In this document: positions 20,172 to 31,537 of the stretch, piece by piece
Position numbering within the stretch: the stretch's first letter is position 1
Layout: every line of letters starts with the position of its first letter
Source: Thermodesulfobacteriota bacterium
GTDB lineage: Bacteria > Desulfobacterota_D > UBA1144
Assembly: GCA_029246845.1 (NCBI GenBank)
Contig: JAQWMJ010000040.1
Location: 1-64,000 of the forward strand
DNA length: 64,000 nucleotides
Direction of reading: 5' to 3'
Program-made: the position numbers and the translations under genes
Notes under the pieces: generated by a model
Databases searched by the model: none
What the model saw: the letters and a program-made list of their open reading frames with translations, nothing else
Told to the model about the DNA's origin: nothing

Positions 20172-20591
20172 TTATTCTGTTTTATTTCTAAAATTATTAG
20201 AAGCTATGTCTTCTACGCTAATATCATTTAGAAAATTAAGAGTATGAAGCTGCAAATGATCCCACACAGACCTTTGGCTACACGAGTTAAACAATTCACA
20301 TACGACGTTTTTCTCCATACAGTCTATCAATTGCATGTCTCCTTCAATTGCTTCATAAACATCTTTCAGAGAGATGTCCCCGGTGGGCTTTCTTAAAGAG
20401 TATCCACCTTCTGGCCCGGGTGAAGAACTTAAGAGTCCTTTTTGGACTAACTTCCTCATGATCTTAGCAAGATAATTCTGAGGTATGTGCTGTTTCTCTG
20501 ATATATCTCTTATGGTAAAAACTTTCGCATTTTCCTTAGCGATATACGTAAGAGATCGAACTGCATAATCCAGTGACTTACTTACTTGCAA
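20172..20591 (-). CDS. Rrf2 family regulator (IscR/SufR-like, 3 Cys)
   Basis: DYAVR, GPEGGYSL, C-x6-C-x5-C; TTG start with SD GAGG; heads sufBCD. Confidence 0.92.
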   Translation of the reverse strand: MQVSKSLDYAVRSLTYIAKENAKVFTIRDISEKQHIPQNYLAKIMRKLVQKGLLSSSPGPEGGYSLRKPTGDISLKDVYEAIEGDMQLIDCMEKNVVCELFNSCSQRSVWDHLQLHTLNFLNDISVEDIASNNFRNKTE

Positions 20592-20659
20592 AACATCCTC
20601 ATGATATTCATATGCATAATATAACTGAAAAAAATAACTATTTCACTGAAAATCTATTA

Positions 20660-20687
20660 TTGACTTACAATAGCATTGCAGTAATAT
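20660..20687 (+). promoter_or_regulatory. sigma70 promoter of rplM-rpsI-ino1
   Basis: TTGACT 20660-20665, 16 nt, TAATAT 20682-20687. Confidence 0.5.
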
Positions 20688-20719
20688 ATTAGCTTAATTT
20701 CAATTAATAAAGGAAAGAT

Positions 20720-21121
20720 ATGAACGATAAAGAATGGCTCCTCTTGGATGCTAAAGATAAAATTGTAGGAAGACTTGCTACTAAAGTTGCAAATATTCTG
20801 ATTGGTAAAAACAAGTCAAATTACACACCTGGCTGTGATAACGGTGATTTCGTTATCATTGTTAACTCAAATGAAGTTAAATTTACTGGAAACAAGCTGG
20901 AGCATAAATTTTATTACAGAAATACAGGCTATCCAGGGGGTCTCAGAAGCACAAAAGCTGGAGATTTAATGGAAAAGGACTCTACAGAGGTTCTGAGAAA
21001 AGCCGTCAAAGGGATGCTACCTAAAAATAAATGGCAAAGTATTTTCATGAAAAGATTAAAAGTTTACAAGGACTCTTCTCATCCACACGAAGGACAGAAT
21101 CCTAAGGCTATAGAGGTATAA
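20720..21121 (+). CDS. rplM: 50S ribosomal protein L13
   Basis: WLLLDA..GRLAT, YTP, TGYPGGL, VKGMLPKN. Confidence 0.97.
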   Translation: MNDKEWLLLDAKDKIVGRLATKVANILIGKNKSNYTPGCDNGDFVIIVNSNEVKFTGNKLEHKFYYRNTGYPGGLRSTKAGDLMEKDSTEVLRKAVKGMLPKNKWQSIFMKRLKVYKDSSHPHEGQNPKAIEV

Positions 21122-21122
21122 A

Positions 21123-21509
21123 TTGGAAAAATATTACGCTACAGGTAGAAGAAAAAATTCTATTGCTAAAGTTTGGCTTACTAAAGGTGATGGAGATATT
21201 AAAGTAAACAAAAGAGATATTAAAGAATATTTCCCTAGGGACTTCTGGGTTAATCATGCAACTGAAGCATTAAATGTAACCGAAACTAGTAATGATTTTA
21301 ACTTTAATATATCCGTTTTAGGTGGCGGTCTAACAGGACAGTCAGGTGCTGTAAGGCTAGGTATATCCAAGGCAATACTACTATACAATGAGTCTTTCCG
21401 ATCAAAATTAAAACCGAAAGGTCTTCTTACTAGAGATTCAAGAATGGTGGAAAGTAAGAAGTATGGAAAGAGAAAAGCTAGAAGAGGTCAACAGTTCTCT
21501 AAAAGATAG
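21123..21509 (+). CDS. rpsI: 30S ribosomal protein S9
   Basis: TGRRK, GGGLTGQ, QFSKR C-terminus; TTG start. Confidence 0.97.
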   Translation: MEKYYATGRRKNSIAKVWLTKGDGDIKVNKRDIKEYFPRDFWVNHATEALNVTETSNDFNFNISVLGGGLTGQSGAVRLGISKAILLYNESFRSKLKPKGLLTRDSRMVESKKYGKRKARRGQQFSKR

Positions 21510-21522
21510 AAGTCTCGAAAAA

Positions 21523-22842
21523 ATGAAAAAAAAATTCAAGATTTCAAAACCAAAAGGAAAATTAGGAGTTTTAATACCTGGAATTGGTGGTGCTGTAAGT
21601 ACAACTTTTATTGCAGGAATTGAGTCTTATAAACAAAGATCTGGAAAACTTTTTGGTTCATTGTCTCAAATGGGAACAATTCGTATTGGAAAACGAACGG
21701 AAAAAAATACGCCTTACATAAAAGATTTAATTGATTTAGCAAATGTTGAGGATTTAGAGTTCTTTGGCTGGGATGTTTATCCACAAGATTGTTATAAAGC
21801 TACTGTAAAAGCTGGTGTTTTAGATAGAACCCTTATAGATAGTCTTAAAGATAAACTTGAAAGAATAAAGCCTAATAAAGCGGTTTTTAACAAAAAGTTT
21901 GCTGAAAATCTAACAGGTAAAAATATCAAAAAAGAGAAAAATTACTTCAAGTTAGCCCTTGAACTGATAGCGGAGATTAAAGCTTTTAAGAGAGAAAAGA
22001 ATATTGATAGGTTAGTAATGATATGGTGTGGAAGCACGGAGATTTTCTTCAAAAAAGGAAAAATCCATGAAAGCATAAAAAGTTTTGAAGATGCATTAAG
22101 AAAAAATCACAAAGGAATATCCCCTAGTATGATATATGCATATGCTGCCATTAAATGTGGTGCGGCTTATGCAAATGGCGCTCCTAATCTTTCTGTTGAC
22201 ATACCTGCACTTGAAAAATTGAGTAAAAAGAATAATGTCCCAATTGCAGGAAAGGATTTTAAAACAGGACAAACATTAATGAAAACTATTCTAGCTCCTG
22301 GAATAAAGACTAGATTACTGGGATTAAACGGATGGTTCTCAACAAACATATTAGGGAATAGAGATGGTGAAGTTCTAGATAATCCAAAGAATTTTAAAAC
22401 AAAAGAAGAGAGTAAATTGAGTGTTCTTGAACATATCTTCCAACCTGAAATTAATCAGGAGCTTTATGGAGATTTTTACCATAAAGTAAGAATCAACTAT
22501 TACCCTCCTAGGGGAGACCAAAAAGAAGCATGGGACAATATAGACATCTTTGGATGGCTGGGCTACGAAATGCAAATTAAGGTAAACTTTTTATGTAGAG
22601 ATAGTATTTTAGCTGCACCTATAGTCTTAGACCTAATAATATTTATGGATCTTGCGCAAAGAGCTGGAATGGATGGTATACAGGAGTGGATGTCATTTTA
22701 CTTTAAAAGCCCAATGGTTGGAGAAAACTTATACCCAGAACATGATGTTTTTGTTCAATCTATGAAGCTTAAAAATACTTTAAGGTTCCTTGCAGGTGAA
22801 AAGAACATAGACCACCTTGGACTAGATTATTACTACGAATAA
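21523..22842 (+). CDS. ino1: myo-inositol-1-phosphate synthase
   Basis: GKDFKTGQT, WFSTNILGNRDG, GDQKEAWD, CRDSILAAP; ATG 21523 avoids overlap with rpsI. Confidence 0.95.
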   Translation: MKKKFKISKPKGKLGVLIPGIGGAVSTTFIAGIESYKQRSGKLFGSLSQMGTIRIGKRTEKNTPYIKDLIDLANVEDLEFFGWDVYPQDCYKATVKAGVLDRTLIDSLKDKLERIKPNKAVFNKKFAENLTGKNIKKEKNYFKLALELIAEIKAFKREKNIDRLVMIWCGSTEIFFKKGKIHESIKSFEDALRKNHKGISPSMIYAYAAIKCGAAYANGAPNLSVDIPALEKLSKKNNVPIAGKDFKTGQTLMKTILAPGIKTRLLGLNGWFSTNILGNRDGEVLDNPKNFKTKEESKLSVLEHIFQPEINQELYGDFYHKVRINYYPPRGDQKEAWDNIDIFGWLGYEMQIKVNFLCRDSILAAPIVLDLIIFMDLAQRAGMDGIQEWMSFYFKSPMVGENLYPEHDVFVQSMKLKNTLRFLAGEKNIDHLGLDYYYE

Positions 22843-22846
22843 CAAA

Positions 22847-23110
22847 CTAAATAGCTTTTGCAGATTCTAAGACAACAATAACTTTATTTGATTTAACTGT
22901 TATTAGCCCTGGGCCTGTAGTTAACTTCCTTGAATCTCCTTCAAGACCTTTGAACGAGAGATTGCAAGGGAGTATGTTAGAAGAAAAGAAAGTATGCCCT
23001 GGTAAGATTCCAAACTCTCCAACAGAATTCGTTGCACTTAATTCAACAGCCTTATCATTGAAGATGATTTCCTCTGGCGAATAAATAGTAAGGTTAAAAA
23101 AATGACTCAT
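22847..23110 (-). CDS. atpC: ATP synthase epsilon (N-terminal beta-sandwich only)
   Basis: GEFGILPGH motif; 87 aa; follows atpD. Confidence 0.9.
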   Translation of the reverse strand: MSHFFNLTIYSPEEIIFNDKAVELSATNSVGEFGILPGHTFFSSNILPCNLSFKGLEGDSRKLTTGPGLITVKSNKVIVVLESAKAI

Positions 23111-23111
23111 A

Positions 23112-25389
<2,278 letters not shown>

Positions 25390-25390
25390 A

Positions 25391-26896
25391 TTAAGATGTA
25401 TATACTCCCTTGAATTTTTCTAAGGATGTTTTTAATTCTGCTACAATCTCATCAGTGTATTCTTTCTGAAGCTTATCTAGTAAATCTTTGTGTGTAGACT
25501 CAAAGTAATCATATAATTTTTCCTCATAATCGCCTATATTCTCTACATCAATTTCATCTGCATAGCCATTTGTAACAGCAAAAGATAGTAAGACCTGCTT
25601 CTCTACAGGCAAAGGAACATATTGACCTTGTTTTAAAGCTTCGACTAGTCGAGAGCCTCTTTTTAGCTGTGACTTTGTTGCTTCATCTAAATCAGATGCA
25701 AAAGCAGAAAAAGCCTCAACTTCTCTGTACTGAGCAAGATCTAATCTTAAAGTTCCAGCAACTTTTTTCATACTTTTCACTTGTGCAGAACCCCCTACTC
25801 TTGAAACTGAAAGCCCAACATTAATAGCGGGTCTAACTCCAGAATAAAATAAGTCAGTCTCTAAATAAATTTGACCATCTGTTATGGAAATAACATTTGT
25901 TGGAATATAAGCCGAAACATCTCCAGCTTGTGTTTCAATTATAGGAAGAGCTGTAAGTGATCCTCCACCGTTTTCATCACTCATTTTAGCTGCCCTTTCT
26001 AACAGTCTGGAATGAAGATAAAAAACATCTCCAGGATAAGCCTCTCTTCCTGGAGGTCTCCTAAGCAAAAGTGATAACTGCCTGTAAGAATACGCATGTT
26101 TAGTAAGATCGTCATATATAACTAGAGCATGTCTTCCACTGTCTCTAAAATGCTCTCCTATTGCACAACCTGTGAATGGTGCTAAAAATTGATAGGGAGC
26201 AGGGTCACTTGCATTAGCTGCAACTACTGTTGTGTATTCGAATGCCCCATTTTCTTTTAATTTTTCAACAACCTGGGCAACTGTTGACTGTTTTTGTCCT
26301 ATTGCAACATAAATACAAAAAACACCTTTTCCTTTTTGATTAATTATAGTATCAATTGCGATAGCAGTTTTTCCTGTCTGTCTATCACCTAATATTAACT
26401 CTCTTTGGCCACGACCAATTGGAATCATTGAATCAATAGCTTTTATTCCTGTTTGGAGAGGTTCGTCAACAGACTTTCTTGCTATAACTCCTGGAGCTTT
26501 TATTTCGACTGGTTTAAAGTCATCTGATGAAATATCTCCCTTACCATCTATAGGAGCACCAAGACCATCTACTACTCTTCCAAGCATAGAATCTGAGACA
26601 CCTACTCTGGCAATTTCTCCAGTTCTTTTAACTTTATCTCCTTCATTAACTAAATCGTCTGCTCCAAAAATAGCTATACCAACACTATCTTCTTCCAAGT
26701 TAAGAATTAAGCCATAGACTCCGCTATCAAAAGTTACCAGTTCCCCAGCCATCGCTTCATCAAGTCCGTAAACCTTAGCTATACCATCTCCAACAGTTGT
26801 TACAGTTCCTACCTCTGAAGACTTAAAGCTTGATTCAAATCCTTGAATTTTTTGTCTTAATTGATCACTTATATTTTGAACATCTACCTCAGACAT
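25391..26896 (-). CDS. atpA: ATP synthase alpha
   Basis: [23 protein letters not shown]. Confidence 0.98.
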   Translation of the reverse strand: MSEVDVQNISDQLRQKIQGFESSFKSSEVGTVTTVGDGIAKVYGLDEAMAGELVTFDSGVYGLILNLEEDSVGIAIFGADDLVNEGDKVKRTGEIARVGVSDSMLGRVVDGLGAPIDGKGDISSDDFKPVEIKAPGVIARKSVDEPLQTGIKAIDSMIPIGRGQRELILGDRQTGKTAIAIDTIINQKGKGVFCIYVAIGQKQSTVAQVVEKLKENGAFEYTTVVAANASDPAPYQFLAPFTGCAIGEHFRDSGRHALVIYDDLTKHAYSYRQLSLLLRRPPGREAYPGDVFYLHSRLLERAAKMSDENGGGSLTALPIIETQAGDVSAYIPTNVISITDGQIYLETDLFYSGVRPAINVGLSVSRVGGSAQVKSMKKVAGTLRLDLAQYREVEAFSAFASDLDEATKSQLKRGSRLVEALKQGQYVPLPVEKQVLLSFAVTNGYADEIDVENIGDYEEKLYDYFESTHKDLLDKLQKEYTDEIVAELKTSLEKFKGVYTS

Positions 26897-27431
26897 TAAA
26901 CTCTCCTTTTAAATTGATTTTTTTTAATTCATTAACTTTACCCAGCAAAGAACCGTCAAAATACTTATCTTCGACCTGAAGAACTACTCCTCCAAGTATT
27001 TTTGAATCTTCTTTAAAACTGAGCTCCAAATTACTTCCCCAAATATCTTCTAATTTTGTCTTAATTAATTCTAATTTTTCTTTTTGGTTTACATCTATCG
27101 TAATAACTTCAATCTTAACTTTCCCTAAAAGCTTTCTTAGCTTTTTTAAAAAGAATTCTCTTGATTCAATAAAAGATTTTAACAGATTAAATTCTATTAT
27201 TACCTCAAGAAATTTCCTTGTATCTTTACAATCAGAAACGATTTGAGCAATTATATCGTTTTTAACTGATGAAGGATAAATATCATTAATTAAACAAAGT
27301 CTAATACTTTTATCTGAGTTGAAAGCATCAACAAAACTTGAAAGGCCAGAATATATCTTTTCTAAATTTTCCTTAGAGGATGAGTCATGCGTTAGTGCTA
27401 TAAAAAAATCATTAACTGTTGCTGATGGCAT
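26889..27431 (-). CDS. atpH: ATP synthase delta (divergent)
   Basis: Operon position; [15 protein letters not shown]-terminal motif. Confidence 0.85.
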   Translation of the reverse strand: MPSATVNDFFIALTHDSSSKENLEKIYSGLSSFVDAFNSDKSIRLCLINDIYPSSVKNDIIAQIVSDCKDTRKFLEVIIEFNLLKSFIESREFFLKKLRKLLGKVKIEVITIDVNQKEKLELIKTKLEDIWGSNLELSFKEDSKILGGVVLQVEDKYFDGSLLGKVNELKKINLKGEFNV

Positions 27432-27927
27432 TTTGCTTAACCTCACTTAAAAAAGTTGAAATAAGTTGTGAATCTTTTTCTACAGTTACCTCGTTTGATA
27501 TCTCATATTGAGCGACCTCGAGGGCCTTATTCAAAATAGTATTCTCGACTTCATATTTTAGTTTTAAAGACTCCAGCTTGATTATATCTTCTGTATCAGT
27601 TTTAATTTTTTTTGCCACAAAATTAGCATTCTCAAGTATATCGTTTGTTTTTCTACTTGTAATTAGATCAATAGAATTTCTCAACTCTGTTAATTCGTTA
27701 TCTATAAGATTTATTTTCTGTGAACTTAAGTTATAAGCCTCTTGAGATGCTTCAATAACTGTATTAGCTTCTTTAATTTCTCTACTTATTTTTTGGCTCC
27801 TTTCTGAAAAAAACTTAACAACTATATCTTTTAGAAAATAATATAAGATTCCTATGAAAACTATAAGATTAAATAGGTGTTGGGAAGCAAACTTTAATTG
27901 ACCAGCGATGTTAATTTCTTCTGACAT
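27412..27927 (-). CDS. atpF: ATP synthase subunit b
   Basis: N-terminal TM helix then coiled coil; operon position. Confidence 0.85.
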   Translation of the reverse strand: MSEEINIAGQLKFASQHLFNLIVFIGILYYFLKDIVVKFFSERSQKISREIKEANTVIEASQEAYNLSSQKINLIDNELTELRNSIDLITSRKTNDILENANFVAKKIKTDTEDIIKLESLKLKYEVENTILNKALEVAQYEISNEVTVEKDSQLISTFLSEVKQNAISNS

Positions 27928-27929
27928 AT

Positions 27930-28442
27930 CTATATTTTCCCTTTTATTTCGGACACTAACTCTTTAATTTTCTTTGATACTTCGTTGTTACCGTTATTAA
28001 TATCTTCTATAGTTACCTCTTGGATCTTTAAATACAATTCGGAATTCAAATTCTTTCTAGCATTTTCAATCTCAATCAAAGACTCTTCCTTAGCCTTCCT
28101 AATCAATTCCTCAGCATGTCTTTTAGCTTCTACTATTTTCTCATTTGATGATGTTTCTATATCAGATTTGAAATCTGATATTCTTTTTTTGTAATCTTCT
28201 TCGATTCCTATTGCCTGCTCATCCATACTCTTTGCCCTTTCTATACGAACAGAAGTTTCAACATCTCTGTTTTCTTTTAAATCTAACAATGGTTGGAATA
28301 AAAACTTATTCAAAAAAAGAATTATAAAAATAAAAATTCCTAATTCAACAAAGAAAGTATTATCTACAGATAAAACATTAGATGAATCCGCTGAATTTAC
28401 ATTAAAAGTAATCAAGTATATAAATAAAAAAACTTTCTTCAT
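27930..28442 (-). CDS. ATP synthase subunit b'
   Basis: TM helix ..LNKFLFQPLL..R then coiled coil; extra signal-peptide-like N-terminus. Confidence 0.8.
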   Translation of the reverse strand: MKKVFLFIYLITFNVNSADSSNVLSVDNTFFVELGIFIFIILFLNKFLFQPLLDLKENRDVETSVRIERAKSMDEQAIGIEEDYKKRISDFKSDIETSSNEKIVEAKRHAEELIRKAKEESLIEIENARKNLNSELYLKIQEVTIEDINNGNNEVSKKIKELVSEIKGKI

Positions 28443-28444
28443 TA

Positions 28445-29683
28445 TCAATCTCTAAAAAAACGATACAACAGAGGGGGAGCTATAAAAGTAGTCAACATAA
28501 CCATCACTGTAAGAGCCGAATAATCACTACTACTTAATACTCCAGTAGCAAGCCCCATTGACGCAAAAATAAGCCCTACTTCACCTCTCGGTATCATTCC
28601 AATTCCTATTACTATCTTGTTTGCATTTATAGAAAAAGCGCCCAAGCCACAAACTAATTTACCTATTATAGCAATTATAAATAAAACTAAAGCTAAGATT
28701 ATAACTGCAATATTTTCTTTTATAAAGGGATTGAAAACAGAAATATCGACGGCTGATCCAACCATAATAAAGAATATAGGTATAAAGACGTCGGCAACAG
28801 GTTTCAATCTATCTTCAATTAAATCTTTTTGATGCGTTTTAGCTAACAAAAGACCAGCTGCAAATGCTCCAATTATAGGAGCTAGTCCAGCAAGTTGTGC
28901 TAGATAGGCAAAGACAAAAGTATATGAAAGAGCGCCTAAGAGTAAGCTCCCCCTTGCCTTTAGGCTATGAACAAAGACAAATAATTTTCTAGTAAATAGA
29001 TTACCTAGAATTATAGCGGCAAAAAGAAAACCTACGGCCTTACCAGTGATAATGCCAACCGTTAACAAATCAACAGTTATTCCGCCACCAGAATTTGTTG
29101 TGGTAATAAGTGCGCTTACAACAGCAAGGATTATTAACCCCATAACATCATCAATTACAGCTGCACCTAATATAATCTTAGCTTCAACACTTTTTAATTT
29201 CCCCAATTCAGACAAAACTCTAGCTGTTATTCCTACACTTGTAGCCGTAAGAGTGGCACCAATTGTTAAAGCAGCTAGAAAAAGAGTTATTTCTGATGAG
29301 AAACTTATTAATGAATATGTATTCAAAATAAAAACAGAATAAAAACCTAGGCCAAAAGGAACAACAACGCCTAAAATCGCTACAAGCAATGAAGGCACCC
29401 CAACCTTTAGTAAATCATTTAGATCAGTTTCTAGACCTATTTCGAATAATAGTATTGCAACACCAACTTCAGCTAATAAATGAAAAATTTGGTATCCTGG
29501 TTCGCCCAATAATGGTATTAGCGCTAAAGAACCTAATAAAACTCCTGCTACAAGCTCACCAAGGACTTCAGGCTGTTTAAATCTAACAAAAATAGAGCTT
29601 ATAGCCTTGCCAGCAACAAAAATACTTGCTAAAGCAAGAAAAAAGCTCCCTAAAGAGTAATTATTTGGATCTTCTATAGTCAT
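28445..29683 (-). CDS. CPA2 (NapA-like) Na+/H+ antiporter
   Basis: ATSVGIT, AAVIDD, GKL, GMIPRGEVG; many TM helices. Confidence 0.92.
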   Translation of the reverse strand: MTIEDPNNYSLGSFFLALASIFVAGKAISSIFVRFKQPEVLGELVAGVLLGSLALIPLLGEPGYQIFHLLAEVGVAILLFEIGLETDLNDLLKVGVPSLLVAILGVVVPFGLGFYSVFILNTYSLISFSSEITLFLAALTIGATLTATSVGITARVLSELGKLKSVEAKIILGAAVIDDVMGLIILAVVSALITTTNSGGGITVDLLTVGIITGKAVGFLFAAIILGNLFTRKLFVFVHSLKARGSLLLGALSYTFVFAYLAQLAGLAPIIGAFAAGLLLAKTHQKDLIEDRLKPVADVFIPIFFIMVGSAVDISVFNPFIKENIAVIILALVLFIIAIIGKLVCGLGAFSINANKIVIGIGMIPRGEVGLIFASMGLATGVLSSSDYSALTVMVMLTTFIAPPLLYRFFRD

Positions 29684-29794
29684 TATATGTCTCTAAATCG
29701 ACTTAAGTTTCACATGAAAAAAAGTCATAGTCAAACCATAGCCTATAGAGAGTAAATCTATAATAGTTTATTATTAAAAAAATATAGAGTTACA

Positions 29795-31537
29795 ATGCCA
29801 AGCAAAAAAATTCGTTTAACTATTTCTGACTTATGGAGCAATCAATATACTTATTTTATATTGGTGGGCTTTATCGTGGGAATATGCGCAGGTTTCTCAA
29901 ACGTTATATTTCACTTTCTCTATCAAACTGTCCACTTATTATTTATCTCGCCTTTAGAATCAGGAAATATGGTAATTTTTGGAACTATTGTTGGAGGCTT
30001 GATACTATTTTTTATTTCTTATCTTTCAGGAAGAGATGATATTCTGGGTTATAAATTTCACAAGTTTATTCATACAATATCACGTGGTAGCGGTGTAATT
30101 AGTATTAAAGAAACCATATTAAAAAGCTTCTCACAAATTGTTTCACTTGGGTTTGGCGGATCAGTCGGACAAGAGGGTCCTATGGCACAACTCGGGGGTT
30201 CGATTGGAAGTATTGTTGGTCAAAGGATTAGGATTAAGAAAAGTGATCTTAAAATATTTATTGCTTGTGGAATAGCTGGGGCAATAGCTGCAACTTTTAA
30301 CGCTCCTATTACTGGTGTTTTATTTGTTGAAGAAGTTGCTCTTTTAAGAAATATTAAAATTAGAAGTTTCTTACCTGTAGTAATCTCGGCTGCTACTGCA
30401 ACAGTAATAGCGGGATTTTTCAGTTCTGATCAAAACATATTTAACAGGGTAGATTTTCTTATCTTTAACTATAATGAATTATTTATATATGCCCTAATGG
30501 GTGTTGCTATAGGCTTTGCTTCATCTTTTTTTACAAAATTACATTTTTTTATAGAGAAAAAATTTGATGACTTTGTTCCAAACTTAAAAATACGACCTAT
30601 AATAGGTGGAGCAGTACTAGGAATACTGGCCTTGGTCCCATTTGGTATTGGACTAGATGTTCTGGGGAACGGCTATGATGCAATTAGAAAAGCGATGACC
30701 TATGAGTACTCACTATGGATAGCTTTAGGAATATTATTATTAAAACCATTGGCTACATCAATAACTCTAAATAGCGGTTGGCCTGGTGGAATATTTGCGC
30801 CATCAATATTTATGGGTGCAATATGTGGCTACCTTTTTGGCTTTGGAGTTGAATCAATCTTCTACCCTCAGTTGATTCCTGGGGAGCTAACGACTTCATA
30901 TGCAATTGTAGGGATGGGAACCTTTTTGGCGGCAATGACCCAAGCGCCTTTGACTTCTATTTTCTTTACTTTTGAATTGACTCAAACATATCAAGCGGTG
31001 CTCCCAGTTATGGTAAGTTCTGTTATTGGTACCACTATTTACAGACTTATCATTGGTAGATCCTTTGAAGCTTGTTATCTAAAAAAAGAAAATTTAGAAA
31101 TTATCCAAAATGAAGAATCAAACATATTAAGCAATATGAAAGTGAATGAAATTATGAGAAAAGATGTAGTTACAATCCCCGAAAAGATGACTTTAGGAAA
31201 ATTTATCGAGTTTCTTCCATCGACACATCTCACGACATTTCCTCTAATAGATCAAGATGATAATTTATCTGGGATTATATCTGTTCAAGATTATAGAGGA
31301 TGGGTCCTGGAAGAAGAGTTAAGAGAAGTGGTAATAATGAAAGATCTCGCTTCAACTAACGTCAATACTGTAACTCCAGATGAGTCAATGTTGGAAGTAT
31401 TAAAACATTGGGATAAGGGTGACATGCTCCCTGTTGTTTCGAGGAATGGATCAAAAAAGATTATAGGGATACTTGCCAGAAGAGATGCTCTTATTGCTTA
31501 CAATAAAGCACTGAGTGAAGAATCATCTGAGCTATGA
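29795..31537 (+). CDS. CLC family anion channel/transporter with CBS pair
   Basis: GQEGP, FNAP, GGIFAP, QAPLT; C-terminal CBS domains. Confidence 0.92.
   Translation: MPSKKIRLTISDLWSNQYTYFILVGFIVGICAGFSNVIFHFLYQTVHLLFISPLESGNMVIFGTIVGGLILFFISYLSGRDDILGYKFHKFIHTISRGSGVISIKETILKSFSQIVSLGFGGSVGQEGPMAQLGGSIGSIVGQRIRIKKSDLKIFIACGIAGAIAATFNAPITGVLFVEEVALLRNIKIRSFLPVVISAATATVIAGFFSSDQNIFNRVDFLIFNYNELFIYALMGVAIGFASSFFTKLHFFIEKKFDDFVPNLKIRPIIGGAVLGILALVPFGIGLDVLGNGYDAIRKAMTYEYSLWIALGILLLKPLATSITLNSGWPGGIFAPSIFMGAICGYLFGFGVESIFYPQLIPGELTTSYAIVGMGTFLAAMTQAPLTSIFFTFELTQTYQAVLPVMVSSVIGTTIYRLIIGRSFEACYLKKENLEIIQNEESNILSNMKVNEIMRKDVVTIPEKMTLGKFIEFLPSTHLTTFPLIDQDDNLSGIISVQDYRGWVLEEELREVVIMKDLASTNVNTVTPDESMLEVLKHWDKGDMLPVVSRNGSKKIIGILARRDALIAYNKALSEESSEL

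Noticed and set aside
21777..21785. Perfect DnaA box TTATCCACA
   Set aside because: Single copy inside ino1; no cluster suggesting oriC
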